Shown: positions 1 to 11,491, numbered from the stretch's first letter. The stretch: 64,000 nt of DNA from Clostridia bacterium (GCA_045540295.1 JAZQGY010000029.1:114983-178982), one strand, 5' to 3'. Notes: generated by a model from the letters alone, not told the origin. Numbers and translations: made by a program.

Positions 1-1
1 T

Positions 2-433
2 CGCTTTTTACCGGAGGATGGATTAACCAGAGCACAGGCTGCAACCATTCTGTGCAGATACCTGAAGATGGATGGAGTAGCTGCAACCAATCAGTTTCCC
101 GATGTTTTAAACCACTGGGCAGAAAAAGAGATTTCTTCAGCCGTAACTCACGGCTTGATGAAAGGATATCCGGACGGCACCTTTCGACCAAACCAAGCAG
201 TTACCCGTGAAGAAATTGCCGTTATTTTACAACGGATTCTGCAATATGAATATATCGGAGGGGAGAGAACCTTTTCCTTTTCTGATTTAAACCAAGATCG
301 TTGGTCTTATCAGGAAATTAAAGCTTTGATTGATGCCGGTCTTCTCAAAGGGTATCCCGACGGAACCTTCCGGCCGGAACAGTTTTTATCCCGTGGAGAA
401 ATGGCACATCTGCTTCGAAAAACTTTGCCATGA
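2..433 (+). CDS. SLH (S-layer homology) domain protein, C-terminal part; the 5' end lies outside the window
   Basis: The frame of ORF 68..433 stays open to the window edge (..LTRAQAATILCRYL..). Repeated SLH-type motifs are present: GYPDGTFRPNQAVTREEIAVIL and GYPDGTFRPEQFLSRGEMAHLL. Confidence 0.7.
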   Translation, partial: RFLPEDGLTRAQAATILCRYLKMDGVAATNQFPDVLNHWAEKEISSAVTHGLMKGYPDGTFRPNQAVTREEIAVILQRILQYEYIGGERTFSFSDLNQDRWSYQEIKALIDAGLLKGYPDGTFRPEQFLSRGEMAHLLRKTLP

Positions 434-530
434 TATAAAAACTTTTTCCTTTTATCTATCATAAAATGAATTGTGGGTTTTGTTGTTTGCAATTTTTTTG
501 CAAAAAAATGAATTTTTTGACGAAAAAATC

Positions 531-1998
<1,468 letters not shown>

Positions 1999-2017
1999 TT
2001 TTACAAATAAAAGAAAA

Positions 2018-2047
2018 CTGTCGGAGACGTTCTCCGGCAGTTTTTCT
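2018..2047 (+). terminator. Rho-independent terminator after gdhA
   Basis: CTGTCGGAGA-cgt-TCTCCGGCAG stem followed by TTTTTCTTTT. Confidence 0.6.
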
Positions 2048-2083
2048 TTTGCTTTTTCATGGTTTTACATTTTTTGATACCAC

Positions 2084-2141
2084 TCGACAGAGAAACATGT
2101 CGTATACTATCAAATCTTTTGGAATGTCGGAATTTGTCGTG
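2084..2141. promoter_or_regulatory. Cluster of four Spo0A-box-like TGTCG motifs upstream of spo0A
   Basis: TCGACA (2084-2089, reverse orientation), TGTCGTA (2098-2104), TGTCGGA (2125-2131) and TGTCGTG (2135-2141). The 0A-box consensus is TGTCGAA. Confidence 0.35.
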
Positions 2142-2171
2142 TAAAAATTGGAAAATATTTCCAAAAATATC

Positions 2172-2200
2172 TTGATTTTTCCAAAATAATGTGTTATATT
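2172..2200 (+). promoter_or_regulatory. Sigma-A-type promoter candidate for spo0A (TTGATT-17-TATATT, extended TGT)
   Basis: TTGATT at 2172-2177, TATATT at 2195-2200, TGT at 2192-2194. Confidence 0.4.
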
Positions 2201-2324
2201 ATATCCAGAAAATGAAAAAAGAACATGATATATGCATATTCAAATGATTCTTGTCAAAGTATGGTTTAAAAAGGAGCGCGACCTTTTTTTGACCAAACAG
2301 AAAAAGTGATAGGGAGATAAAACT

Positions 2325-3116
2325 ATGAAAAGTATCATTGTGATAGACGATAACATTTCCTTGGTGAATGAACTTGCAGCTCATTTGAAGCAAGACACAT
2401 ATTTTGGAGAGATTTACACAGCCCACGAAGGGAAGGAAGCCTTAAGAACCATTCGTGAGACAAAGCCACAGATTATTTTGACCGACATTGCAATGCCAAA
2501 CGGAGACGGTATTTGGCTATTGGAACACTTGAAAGAAGAAAAACTGTTGTCAGAAGATACTACCGTTATTTATATGATGGATATCAAACTTCCTGCAATT
2601 GAAAAACTGATTATGGATTTAGGCGCTGATTATTTTATGATGAAGCCCTTTGACATTCCGGTTGCAGTTACACAGATTAAAACAGTTTCTAACGGAGAGA
2701 AACATACCAGAGGAGCTCTTGACCCTGCAGTGCAACTTTCCAATATTGCAACTTCCAAGGAAAACCCTATTTTAGAGCAAATGGTAACGAATATCTTTCA
2801 CGAATTGGGGATGCCTGCTCATATCAAAGGATACGAGTATTTAAGATATGCCATTTTAAGAGTATTGGAAAACAGAAAACTTTTGCACAGCGTGACAAAA
2901 GAACTTTATCCGATGACCGCAAAGCAATTTGATTCCAAACCAAGTCGTGTGGAAAGAGCAATCCGTCACGCCATTGAAGTGGCCTGGAGCAGGGGAGATG
3001 CGGAAAACATCGCCAAACTGTTCGGTTGCACCGTGTTATCATCTCGCGGTAAACCAACCAACTCAGAATTTCTTGCAATGATTGCGGATAACATTTTGTT
3101 AAGATTGTCCGCTTAA
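2325..3116 (+). CDS. spo0A: Sporulation master response regulator Spo0A
   Basis: N-terminal receiver domain (IVIDDN.., ..LTDIAMPNGDG). C-terminal Spo0A-specific DNA-binding signature SRVERAIRHAIEVAWSRG and GKPTNSEFLAMIADNILL. Confidence 0.93.
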   Translation: MKSIIVIDDNISLVNELAAHLKQDTYFGEIYTAHEGKEALRTIRETKPQIILTDIAMPNGDGIWLLEHLKEEKLLSEDTTVIYMMDIKLPAIEKLIMDLGADYFMMKPFDIPVAVTQIKTVSNGEKHTRGALDPAVQLSNIATSKENPILEQMVTNIFHELGMPAHIKGYEYLRYAILRVLENRKLLHSVTKELYPMTAKQFDSKPSRVERAIRHAIEVAWSRGDAENIAKLFGCTVLSSRGKPTNSEFLAMIADNILLRLSA

Positions 3117-3161
3117 TATTTATTGTCCGTTCCATTCTATATAATTCTTTTCCCGGGTAAG

Positions 3162-3205
3162 GAGACTGTGTTGCATTTTTGCAGGCAGTCTCTTTGCCTT
3201 TTTAG
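3162..3205 (+). terminator. Probable terminator after spo0A
   Basis: GAGACTG..TGCA-ttttt-TGCA..CAGTCTC hairpin followed by TTTGCCTTTTT. Confidence 0.45.
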
Positions 3206-3298
3206 TTTGACAATTCTATTACAACTATTGCACTTTCCGACAAAATACTATATAATAAAAATGTTGAATTTTAGGATGTATCCGGGAGTGTATACACG

Positions 3299-4513
3299 AT
3301 GAAAGTATTAGTTGAATTTTTTGATTCTTGCCAGCTACATAATGTGATTGCAGCAATCAGCTTGCATCCTGAGAGAGTCATTTTTATTGGAGATTCTGCC
3401 ACAATGGAGACATCCCGTCGGGAGGCATTGCAGAGGTTTTTTCGGTTGCGTAAACAGAAAATCGTGATAGAATACATCACTGTTCAGTCTTGTTCATATC
3501 GAGATATTCATGAAAAGATCAGCAGTGTTTTAAAAAAACATACGGATGTTTGCTTTGATGTTACCGGTGGACGGGATTTATTTCTTCTTGCCTTGGGAGA
3601 ACTGTCGTGTTGTCAAAAAACTCCTATGATTCGCTTTGACGTGCCTTCCGGAAAAATGATACGGATTAAGAATGCTGAGCAAATTCCTGAGCCAACTGTT
3701 GCAAGCCTAACTGTTCGTCAGAGCATCGTGTTAAATGGCGGAGAAGTAATTGACCCGCAAAACTATCTGTCTTCAGAACAACTAACACCGACATTTAGTA
3801 AAGAAGTACGCAGCCTGTTCCAGATCAGTAAGCAGCGGCCGAAACTGTGGAATCAGTTTGTGATTGCGTTGGAGGGACTTATCAATCAGACTGCTGTCGG
3901 CTCAGATCTTAAAGTTTCTGTGAAGGTTTCGTCTGTCCCGGAAATTCAGTATCGAAAATTGACGGAATATGCTTTTTTGGAAAAACTCGCAGATGCGGGA
4001 CTTATACTGGATTACTGTTATGACGGTGAAAGAATTTCTTTCCGATACAAAAATGAACAGGTGCATCGTTGTATGGCAAAATCCGGAAATATTCTGGAAC
4101 TGTATTCCTATCTGCTGATTCATGAAATCAGTAAGGAGAGCACTTCCGTTTTTGGTGACAAAAGAGTCGGAGTTCCTGTGGATTGGGACGGAGTTATTGA
4201 GCCTCGGTATCGGAGTGGAACCAAAAATGAGATTGATTTGATTCTCACTAAAAAAACCGTTCCGGTATTTATATCCTGTAAACATGGGGAAGTTCTGAAG
4301 GAAGCTTTGTATGAATTGCATACGGTTGCAGAGCATTACGGCGGCATGTATGCAAAAAAAGTGTTAATTACAGCAGAACTTAGCAATATTCCAAGCAAAA
4401 GAATCAGTTTTTTAGAGCGTGCCCGTGATATGGGGATTGAGGTTATTTACAATGCAAACCGCATGACAGAAGAAGAATTTAAGCAGAGACTCCGAAAAAT
4501 CGGCACTCCTTAA
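3299..4513 (+). CDS. DUF1887 / Card1-Can2-like protein: N-terminal CARF-like Rossmann domain plus C-terminal PD-(D/E)xK nuclease domain
   Basis: The N-terminus MKVLVEFFDSCQLHNVIAAISLHPERVIFIGDSATME resembles the DUF1887 CARF start (LVS.Q..PN......P..v.li.T..M). The C-terminus carries GNILELYSY..., VDWDG and NEIDLILTKKTVPVFISCKHGE, which fits a restriction-endonuclease-fold (D...ExD...sCK) motif. RBS GGGAG lies upstream of ATG 3299. Confidence 0.55.
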   Translation: MKVLVEFFDSCQLHNVIAAISLHPERVIFIGDSATMETSRREALQRFFRLRKQKIVIEYITVQSCSYRDIHEKISSVLKKHTDVCFDVTGGRDLFLLALGELSCCQKTPMIRFDVPSGKMIRIKNAEQIPEPTVASLTVRQSIVLNGGEVIDPQNYLSSEQLTPTFSKEVRSLFQISKQRPKLWNQFVIALEGLINQTAVGSDLKVSVKVSSVPEIQYRKLTEYAFLEKLADAGLILDYCYDGERISFRYKNEQVHRCMAKSGNILELYSYLLIHEISKESTSVFGDKRVGVPVDWDGVIEPRYRSGTKNEIDLILTKKTVPVFISCKHGEVLKEALYELHTVAEHYGGMYAKKVLITAELSNIPSKRISFLERARDMGIEVIYNANRMTEEEFKQRLRKIGTP

Positions 4514-4643
4514 AAAATCACGAAAAAAACACAGAATATTTTGGTCTTTTCTATTGCGAAAACAGAAAAAATATGGTATACTGAATTGATTATATTTTTT
4601 TAATAACAAATTCCCGGAAAAATAAATGAAAGTAGAGAGTAAT

Positions 4644-7370
4644 ATGTTCAAATCCTTAATTGAAAAAATGATTGGATCCTACTCGGATCGTGAAATTAAG
4701 CGGATTAAGCCGCTTGTGGATAAGGTATTATCCTACGATGAAGCATACGGCAAGTTAACCGATGATGAACTCAAGGCAAAGACCCCTGAGTTTATTTCCC
4801 GTTTGGCAAATGGAGAAACATTGGATGATATTTTGCCGGAAGCATTTGCTACCGTTCGTGAAGCGTCTTGGCGTGTACTGGGATTAAAGCATTATCCTGT
4901 GCAGATTATTGGCGGTATTGTACTTCATCAAGGCCGTATTTCTGAAATGAAAACCGGGGAAGGTAAAACGCTGGTTGCAACCTTACCTGCTTATTTAAAT
5001 GCATTAACCAAGCGTGGTGTGCATATTGTTACCGTTAACGATTATCTTGCAAAGCGTGACAGTGAATGGATGGGCAAGGTATATCAGTTTTTGGGACTGA
5101 CGGTTGGTTTGGTGATTCATGATGTAGAACCGCAGAACCGTCACCAGTCTTATGCTTGCGACATTACCTACGGTACCAATAATGAATTTGGTTTTGACTA
5201 TTTAAGAGATAATATGGTCATTTATAAAGAACAGATGGTGCAAAGAGGACATTATTTTGCCATCGTGGACGAGGTGGATAGCATCCTAATTGACGAGGCA
5301 AGAACACCTCTGATTATCTCCGGTCAGGGAGATAAATCTACCGAGATTTATCAGTTGGCAGATCGTTTTGTAAAAGGGTTGAAACGAAAAGTTGTTGTGG
5401 AAGAAGACACCAAAGTATTGTCTGATGAAGGTGATGCAGACTATATTGTGGATGAAAAATCCAAAACGGCAAACCTAACTGCACAGGGGATTCAGAAGGC
5501 AGAAGAACACTTCCGTATTGAGAATTTATCTGACCCTGAAAATTTGACCTTATCCCATCACATCAACCAGGCATTAAGAGCGAATGGGATTATGAAATTA
5601 GACCGCGATTATGTGGTAAAAGACGGCGAAATTATCATTGTTGATGAATTTACCGGTCGTTTGATGTTTGGCAGACGTTATTCCGAAGGCTTGCATCAGG
5701 CAATTGAAGCCAAAGAAGGCGTGAAGGTGGAAAGAGAATCCAAAACCTTGGCAACCATCACCTTCCAGAACTATTTCCGTTTGTATGAAAAGCTTTCCGG
5801 TATGACCGGTACAGCAAAAACCGAGGAAGAAGAATTCCAGGAAATTTACGGGTTAGACTGTATTGAGATTCCTACCAACAAGCCGTTACTTCGTGAGGAT
5901 GCTCCGGATGCGGTTTATAAAACTGAATTGGGAAAATATAATGCTGTCATTAATGAAATCATTACCCGTCATCAGACCGGTCAGCCGATTCTGGTGGGTA
6001 CTGTTTCTATTGATAAATCTGAGATTTTGTCAGCCTTATTAAAACGTCGTGGCGTAAAGCACGAAGTGTTAAATGCCAAAAACCACGATAAAGAAGCTCA
6101 AATTATTGCGCAGGCAGGTAAGAAAAATGCTGTTACCATTGCAACCAATATGGCTGGTCGTGGTACTGACATTATGTTGGGCGGTAATGCTGAATATTTG
6201 GCAAAAGCAGACTTGGTAAAAGCAGGATATGAAGATCGCGTGATAGCGGAAGCCACCGGTTTTGCTCACACAGAGGATGAAGAAATTTTAAAAGCAAGAC
6301 AGGAATATACCCAGGCTTTAAAGAATTATAGCGAACAGTTAAAACAGGAAAAAGAAGAAGTATTAAAAGCCGGCGGTCTTTGCATCATTGGTACGGAGCG
6401 CCACGAATCCCGCCGTATTGACAATCAGCTCCGTGGCCGTGCAGGTCGTCAAGGTGACCCCGGTTTCACCAAATTCTTCCTGTCTTTGGAAGATGAGCTG
6501 ATGCGTTTGTTCGGTTCTGAACGGGTACGCGGTGTGGTGGAAGCTTTAGGCTTACCGGAAGATGAACCGATTGAACACAATATGCTTACCAAAGCCATCG
6601 AAAGTGCACAAAAACGTGTGGAAGGCAAAAACTTCAGCATCCGTAAACACGTTTTGCAGTTTGATGATGTGATGAATCAGCAGAGAGAAATTATATACGG
6701 AGAACGTCAAAAAGTACTAAACGGTGAGAGTCTCCGAGATAATATTATCAAAATGATTGGAGACAGTGTTTCTGCTACTGTAGATCAGTTCTGCGGCATC
6801 AGTGAATATGCAGATGATTGGAATCTGACCGGTTTGGCAGATCAGGTAAATAAAATCTATACCACCGAAGACAATCCTTTCCGTGTGGATGAAATTGATT
6901 TGGAAGAGGTTACTAAGGAAAGCTTAAAAGCACAAATCAAAGAGCTGGCTATGGCGAAATACGAAGCCAAAGAAACAGAATTTGGTGAACAGATGCGTGA
7001 AATTGAACGGGTTGTATTGCTTCGTGCAGTAGATAGCCATTGGATGGACCACATCGACGATATGGATCAGCTCAAAAACGGTATTAATCTTCGTGCGTAC
7101 GGTCAAAGAGACCCTGTTGTGGAATATAAATACGAAGGATTTGATATGTTTGAAGCAATGATTCAGGGCATTTCTGATCAAACTGCAAAAACGGTGTTGA
7201 ATGTGGCACTCCGTCAGCCTATTGAACGTAAGCAGGTGGCGATTCCCAATGAAACGCCCAGTGACGGCAGTTTGAAAAAAGCTCCTGCACGTGCTCAGAA
7301 TAAAGTGGGCCCAAATGATCCCTGTCCCTGCGGAAGCGGCAAGAAATACAAAAAGTGCTGTAGACCGTAG
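4644..7370 (+). CDS. secA: Preprotein translocase ATPase SecA
   Basis: Full-length SecA hallmarks: [14 protein letters not shown] Walker [30 protein letters not shown], and the C-terminal zinc finger [13 protein letters not shown]. Start taken at ATG 4644 ([12 protein letters not shown]..); ATG 4626 is an alternative. Confidence 0.95.
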   Translation: MFKSLIEKMIGSYSDREIKRIKPLVDKVLSYDEAYGKLTDDELKAKTPEFISRLANGETLDDILPEAFATVREASWRVLGLKHYPVQIIGGIVLHQGRISEMKTGEGKTLVATLPAYLNALTKRGVHIVTVNDYLAKRDSEWMGKVYQFLGLTVGLVIHDVEPQNRHQSYACDITYGTNNEFGFDYLRDNMVIYKEQMVQRGHYFAIVDEVDSILIDEARTPLIISGQGDKSTEIYQLADRFVKGLKRKVVVEEDTKVLSDEGDADYIVDEKSKTANLTAQGIQKAEEHFRIENLSDPENLTLSHHINQALRANGIMKLDRDYVVKDGEIIIVDEFTGRLMFGRRYSEGLHQAIEAKEGVKVERESKTLATITFQNYFRLYEKLSGMTGTAKTEEEEFQEIYGLDCIEIPTNKPLLREDAPDAVYKTELGKYNAVINEIITRHQTGQPILVGTVSIDKSEILSALLKRRGVKHEVLNAKNHDKEAQIIAQAGKKNAVTIATNMAGRGTDIMLGGNAEYLAKADLVKAGYEDRVIAEATGFAHTEDEEILKARQEYTQALKNYSEQLKQEKEEVLKAGGLCIIGTERHESRRIDNQLRGRAGRQGDPGFTKFFLSLEDELMRLFGSERVRGVVEALGLPEDEPIEHNMLTKAIESAQKRVEGKNFSIRKHVLQFDDVMNQQREIIYGERQKVLNGESLRDNIIKMIGDSVSATVDQFCGISEYADDWNLTGLADQVNKIYTTEDNPFRVDEIDLEEVTKESLKAQIKELAMAKYEAKETEFGEQMREIERVVLLRAVDSHWMDHIDDMDQLKNGINLRAYGQRDPVVEYKYEGFDMFEAMIQGISDQTAKTVLNVALRQPIERKQVAIPNETPSDGSLKKAPARAQNKVGPNDPCPCGSGKKYKKCCRP

Positions 7371-7412
7371 GAATTGAGCCGGAAACTTTTAACGATAAAG
7401 GATGTGATAAGT

Positions 7413-8532
7413 TTGTTGGAATTTGAAGAATTAAAGCTCCGCTTAACAAACTCCCAAGAACAAATGAACGAATTGAGGGATTCACTTTAATGTTTCTAAA
7501 TTAGAAACAGAAATTACGGAACTTGACCGTCAGTCGGCAGAACCCGGCTTTTGGGAGGATTTAGAAAACTCTCAAAAAGTATTGCAACGGCTGAAGGGCT
7601 TAAAAGATAAGCTCCAAAGCTTTTCCAATCTGGAGACCCTTTATGAGGATATTTTCGTTCTCATTGAATTGGCAGGCGAAGAAGAAGACGCTTCTGATCT
7701 TTTGCAGGAAGCTCTTTCCATGGAAAAAGATTTTGCAAAGAAGCTTGAAACCATGCTTTTGGAAACCTTGTTATCTGAAGAATATGACGGTAATAATGCA
7801 ATCATTTCGCTTCATTCCGGTGCAGGTGGTACTGAAGCTCAGGACTGGGTACAGATGCTTTACAGAATGTATCTTCGTTGGGCGGAAAAAAGAGGTTTTA
7901 AAACTGAAACCTTGGATTATCTGGACGGAGATGAAGCAGGGATTAAAAGCGTTACGGTATTAGTCAGCGGTCTGAATGCTTACGGTTATCTGAAAGCAGA
8001 AAAAGGAGTACATCGACTGGTTCGTATTTCTCCTTTCGATTCCTCCGGCAGACGCCATACTTCTTTTGCATCCTTGGATGTTATGCCGGAATTACCGGAT
8101 GATATTCAGATTGACATCAACCCTGAAGATTTAAAAGTGGACACCTACCGTGCTTCCGGTGCAGGCGGTCAGCATATCAATAAGACGGAATCTGCAATCC
8201 GTATTACTCACATTCCCACGGGCATTGTGGTATCCTGCCAGAACGAACGAAGTCAGCACAAAAACCGTGACACGGCGATGAAAATGCTTTATGCAAAGCT
8301 TCTGGAATTAAAGGAGCAGGCACATAAAGATAAGATTGAGGATTTAAAAGGGGAACAGTTGGATATTGGCTGGGGAAGTCAGATCCGTTCTTATGTGTTC
8401 CATCCCTACAGTATGGTAAAGGATCACAGAACCTTAGAAGAAACCGGGAATGTTACTGCCGTGATGGATGGGGAACTGGATGCGTTCATCAATGCTTATT
8501 TAAAAGAACAGGCGAAAGGAAAAAAAGAATAA
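7413..8532 (+). CDS. prfB: Peptide chain release factor 2, made by a programmed +1 frameshift (7413..7487 joined to 7489..8532)
   Basis: The zero frame reads (M)[24 protein letters not shown] then TAA. The +1 frame continues [32 protein letters not shown].. into ORF 7582..8532. RF2 SPF motif ([15 protein letters not shown]) and GGQ motif are present. TTG start at 7413 lies after AAAGGA. Confidence 0.9.
7475..7491 (+). promoter_or_regulatory. prfB +1 frameshift cassette: SD-like GAGGGA, slippery CTT, in-frame TAA
   Basis: GAGGGA (7475-7480), TTCA, CTT (7485-7487), TAA (7488-7490), T. Same layout as the canonical AGGGGG-nnn-CUU-UGA-C cassette, but the stop is TAA. Confidence 0.8.
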
Positions 8533-8533
8533 G

Positions 8534-9604
8534 ATGTTTGAAAAATTAGGTTTTTTGGAAGAAAAATATATTGAATTAAACAAAAAAGCAGCAGATCCGA
8601 ATGTAATTAGTGATCAGGATCAATTTCGTTCTGTGATGAAAGAAATTTCCGAATTGGAACCTATCGTTGAAAAATATCGGGAATATAAACAGGCCCAGCA
8701 GGAGATGAACGATGCCAAGGAAATGATGGACACCGAATCTGACCATGACCTTCGTGAAATGGCAGAAGCTGAATATTATGACAAGCGTGACCAAAGCGAA
8801 AACATTATTGAGGAAATTAAAATTCTTCTGTTACCCAAGGATGAAAACGACGATAAAAACGTTATTGTTGAAATTCGTGCCGGTGCAGGCGGCGATGAAG
8901 CAGCATTATTTGCCGGAGATTTATACCGTATGTATTCTATGTACGCCATGAATCAGCGGTTTAAAACTGAGGTGATTTCCGAAACTGAAATCGGTATTGG
9001 CGGTTACAAGGAAATTTCCTTCTCGATTGAAGGGAAGGGGGTTTACTCCAAATTAAAATTTGAAAGCGGAGTTCACCGTGTGCAGCGTATTCCGGAAACC
9101 GAATCCGGCGGCAGAATTCATACCTCAACGGTAACCGTTGCTGTGCTACCTGAAGTGGAAGATGTTGAAGTGGAAATCAACCCCGACGATTTAGAGGTGG
9201 ATACCTACCGTTCTTCCGGTGCAGGCGGTCAGCATGTTAATAAAACCGAATCTGCAATTCGTATTACCCATAAGCCTACCGGTATCGTAGTGGCTTGCCA
9301 GAACGAACGAAGCCAACACAAAAACCGTGATATGGCAATGAAAATGCTGCGTTCTAAATTGTATGATATGAAATTGGTTGAGCAGAACAGCAAAATTGCA
9401 GCAGAAAGAAAATCCCAGGTTGGAACAGGGGACAGAAGTGAGCGAATCCGTACTTATAACTATCCCCAGGGACGTGTTACTGACCATAGAATCGGCTTAA
9501 CCATCCAGCAGCTTCCCAATATTATGAACGGCAATATTGATGCTTTTGTGGAAGCATTAATTACGGCAGACAGAAGTGCAAAACTGTTAATGAGTGAAAA
9601 CTAA
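8534..9604 (+). CDS. prfA: Peptide chain release factor 1
   Basis: RF1-type N-terminus [27 protein letters not shown]. PxT-type decoding motif ([14 protein letters not shown]) and GGQ motif. ATG lies 1 nt after the prfB stop. Confidence 0.9.
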   Translation: MFEKLGFLEEKYIELNKKAADPNVISDQDQFRSVMKEISELEPIVEKYREYKQAQQEMNDAKEMMDTESDHDLREMAEAEYYDKRDQSENIIEEIKILLLPKDENDDKNVIVEIRAGAGGDEAALFAGDLYRMYSMYAMNQRFKTEVISETEIGIGGYKEISFSIEGKGVYSKLKFESGVHRVQRIPETESGGRIHTSTVTVAVLPEVEDVEVEINPDDLEVDTYRSSGAGGQHVNKTESAIRITHKPTGIVVACQNERSQHKNRDMAMKMLRSKLYDMKLVEQNSKIAAERKSQVGTGDRSERIRTYNYPQGRVTDHRIGLTIQQLPNIMNGNIDAFVEALITADRSAKLLMSEN

Positions 9605-9609
9605 GCAAT

Positions 9610-9644
9610 AAAAAAGCTGAATGAGAAATCATTCAGCTTTTTTG
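9610..9644. terminator. Bidirectional rho-independent terminator between the convergent genes prfA and mltG
   Basis: AAAAA-AGCTGAATGA-gaaa-TCATTCAGCT-TTTTT. Confidence 0.75.
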
Positions 9645-9647
9645 TTG

Positions 9648-10637
9648 TTATAAACCGTATTGTTGGATTTGTTGATTATGTTCTTCGTAGGTTTTTGAAT
9701 AATGATTGTCCCCGTTTTTGTCGGTGAAGAAATATAAATAATTTGTATCTTTGGGATATAGCACTGCCTCAATGGCTAAAATTCCCGGTGAAGAAATGGG
9801 AGCCGGTGGAAGTCCGTCATTCTGATAGGTATTGTACGGGGAATCAATTTTAGTATCGGCAACCGACAGTACCGGTTTTCTTTCTTTTAAAATATACTGC
9901 ACCGTTGCACAGGATTCCAAACGTTTGCCTGCTTTTAAACGGTTATGGAACACTGAAGCAACCAGCGGAAAATCTTCCGTTTTTCTGGCTTCTCGTTCCA
10001 CGATGGATGACAATGTGATTACTTCATGGACATTCATTCCCAATTCTCTGGCACGTTCTTCGTATTGGTCTGTCCATTTCGATTGAAAATTTGCAGTCAT
10101 CAGTTTAATAATTTCTTCTGAGGAAGCATTATTTTTGATCTGATAGGTATCAGGAAACAGATACCCTTCCATAAGAGTGTCACCGATGATTAAGGCTCCC
10201 TGCTTAGTTTGAAATTTGAAGCTGGACAGAGCTTTTTGAAATTCCTCTTCGCTTGGAATGAGTTCTTGTTCTAAGAGTCTTGCTGTGATTTCTCTCACTT
10301 CAAAGCCTTCCGGAATCGTCAGAGCCACCATGTTGGTTGCAGGATTGCTGATTGCTTTTACAATGTCACCGTAGGCACTGTTTTGTCTGACGGAAATGGT
10401 ACCGGGATAAATGGTGGCATCAGGTGTGGTAAGCTGATAATAAATTTTAAACACATAGCGGCTCAGTACCACACCGTTTTCTTCTAATTTTTGTGATATT
10501 GTGGTCAGATTATCCTGTTCTGAAACAGTAATGGTAACGGTATCTGCAGAGCCAATAATACCAATCATATCACAACCAAATACCAGGATGATAGCAATCA
10601 AAATGCCACAAAGTATTTTCAATATTTTTTTCATCAA
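9648..10637 (-). CDS. mltG: Endolytic murein transglycosylase MltG (YceG family)
   Basis: N-terminal membrane anchor. YceG motifs LSSIVEREA, FHNRLKAG..L.S.ATVQY and SPYNTYQNDGLPPAPISSPG. Confidence 0.88.
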   Translation of the reverse strand: MMKKILKILCGILIAIILVFGCDMIGIIGSADTVTITVSEQDNLTTISQKLEENGVVLSRYVFKIYYQLTTPDATIYPGTISVRQNSAYGDIVKAISNPATNMVALTIPEGFEVREITARLLEQELIPSEEEFQKALSSFKFQTKQGALIIGDTLMEGYLFPDTYQIKNNASSEEIIKLMTANFQSKWTDQYEERARELGMNVHEVITLSSIVEREARKTEDFPLVASVFHNRLKAGKRLESCATVQYILKERKPVLSVADTKIDSPYNTYQNDGLPPAPISSPGILAIEAVLYPKDTNYLYFFTDKNGDNHYSKTYEEHNQQIQQYGL

Positions 10638-11491
10638 AGGCTACGCACCCCCAAAAATGCAAATAAGATAATGTATCCGTAAAATAGCGGATTTTTCAGT
10701 AGATTTACCGCATAATTTCCGAAGCGTTTTAAAGCAGCATCGGTAAGAGTTTCTTTGGTTTGTTTTTTTGGAAACAAAGCAACCAACAATGCGAGAAACA
10801 AGAACACAAACAATAATAAATATCGCATCAAGAAATCGCTGATAGCAGGATGTTGCAACGCAATATTCAATACCGTTGCGCAGAAATTCACCGAAAAATG
10901 CGTGACGATACAAAGAATTAACGGAGTCCCGCGATACCTCATGATGCCAAGACATAGTCCAATGCAAAATGTTGCTGGAAAATTAAAGAAGTCAAAATGT
11001 GCCATTGCGAAAAACAAAGCAGAAAATAAAATTGCTGCCAGAGCAGATTTTTTGCGAATGGAGTTAAAAATCATTCTGCGGAATAACACTTCTTCAAATA
11101 TAGCCGGGGTCAGACAGATTGCAACCGTTTGTACTGCAAACTGAAAAAGGCTCTTTGCAGCGGGAAGAGAAGAAGGCGGTGTAAAGCCCATTTTCTGCAA
11201 CATTACACTAAACGGGAGATTAACAAATATTCCCAAAAACTGTAAAGCAATTCCGCACATCACACAGGAAAAAATATTGGAAATTTTTTGGGGATTACAT
11301 TCTTCTTTATTCAGATAACTTTCTTTTTTGAATAAAAAATAGGTAGGTACAAAAACAGCAAAAAACTGTTGCAGAAAGTAAATGGTATATTTTACGGTAA
11401 ACGAATGCGGGGCAGGAAGAAATTCCTGCCCAAGCGCCGACACGGTTAATTGAATAAAAGGAATGAAAATCAGGATAATAAAATAGCGCAA
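10634..11491 (-). CDS. CPBP-family (CAAX-type) intramembrane metalloprotease
   Basis: Polytopic membrane protein with EEVLFRR, FAMAHF and HFSVNF motifs. Overlaps mltG by 4 nt. Confidence 0.75.
   Translation of the reverse strand: MRYFIILIFIPFIQLTVSALGQEFLPAPHSFTVKYTIYFLQQFFAVFVPTYFLFKKESYLNKEECNPQKISNIFSCVMCGIALQFLGIFVNLPFSVMLQKMGFTPPSSLPAAKSLFQFAVQTVAICLTPAIFEEVLFRRMIFNSIRKKSALAAILFSALFFAMAHFDFFNFPATFCIGLCLGIMRYRGTPLILCIVTHFSVNFCATVLNIALQHPAISDFLMRYLLLFVFLFLALLVALFPKKQTKETLTDAALKRFGNYAVNLLKNPLFYGYIILFAFLGVRSL

Noticed and set aside
7219-7485. 88-aa minus-strand ORF spanning the secA end and the prfB start
   Set aside because: It is antisense to two confident genes and to the frameshift cassette, and has no start context.
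7643-7963. 106-aa ORF in an alternative frame of prfB
   Set aside because: It overlaps the well-supported RF2 +1 frame. Its translation is Lys/Phe-rich with no recognisable motifs. The real recoding event is at 7485-7490, not here.
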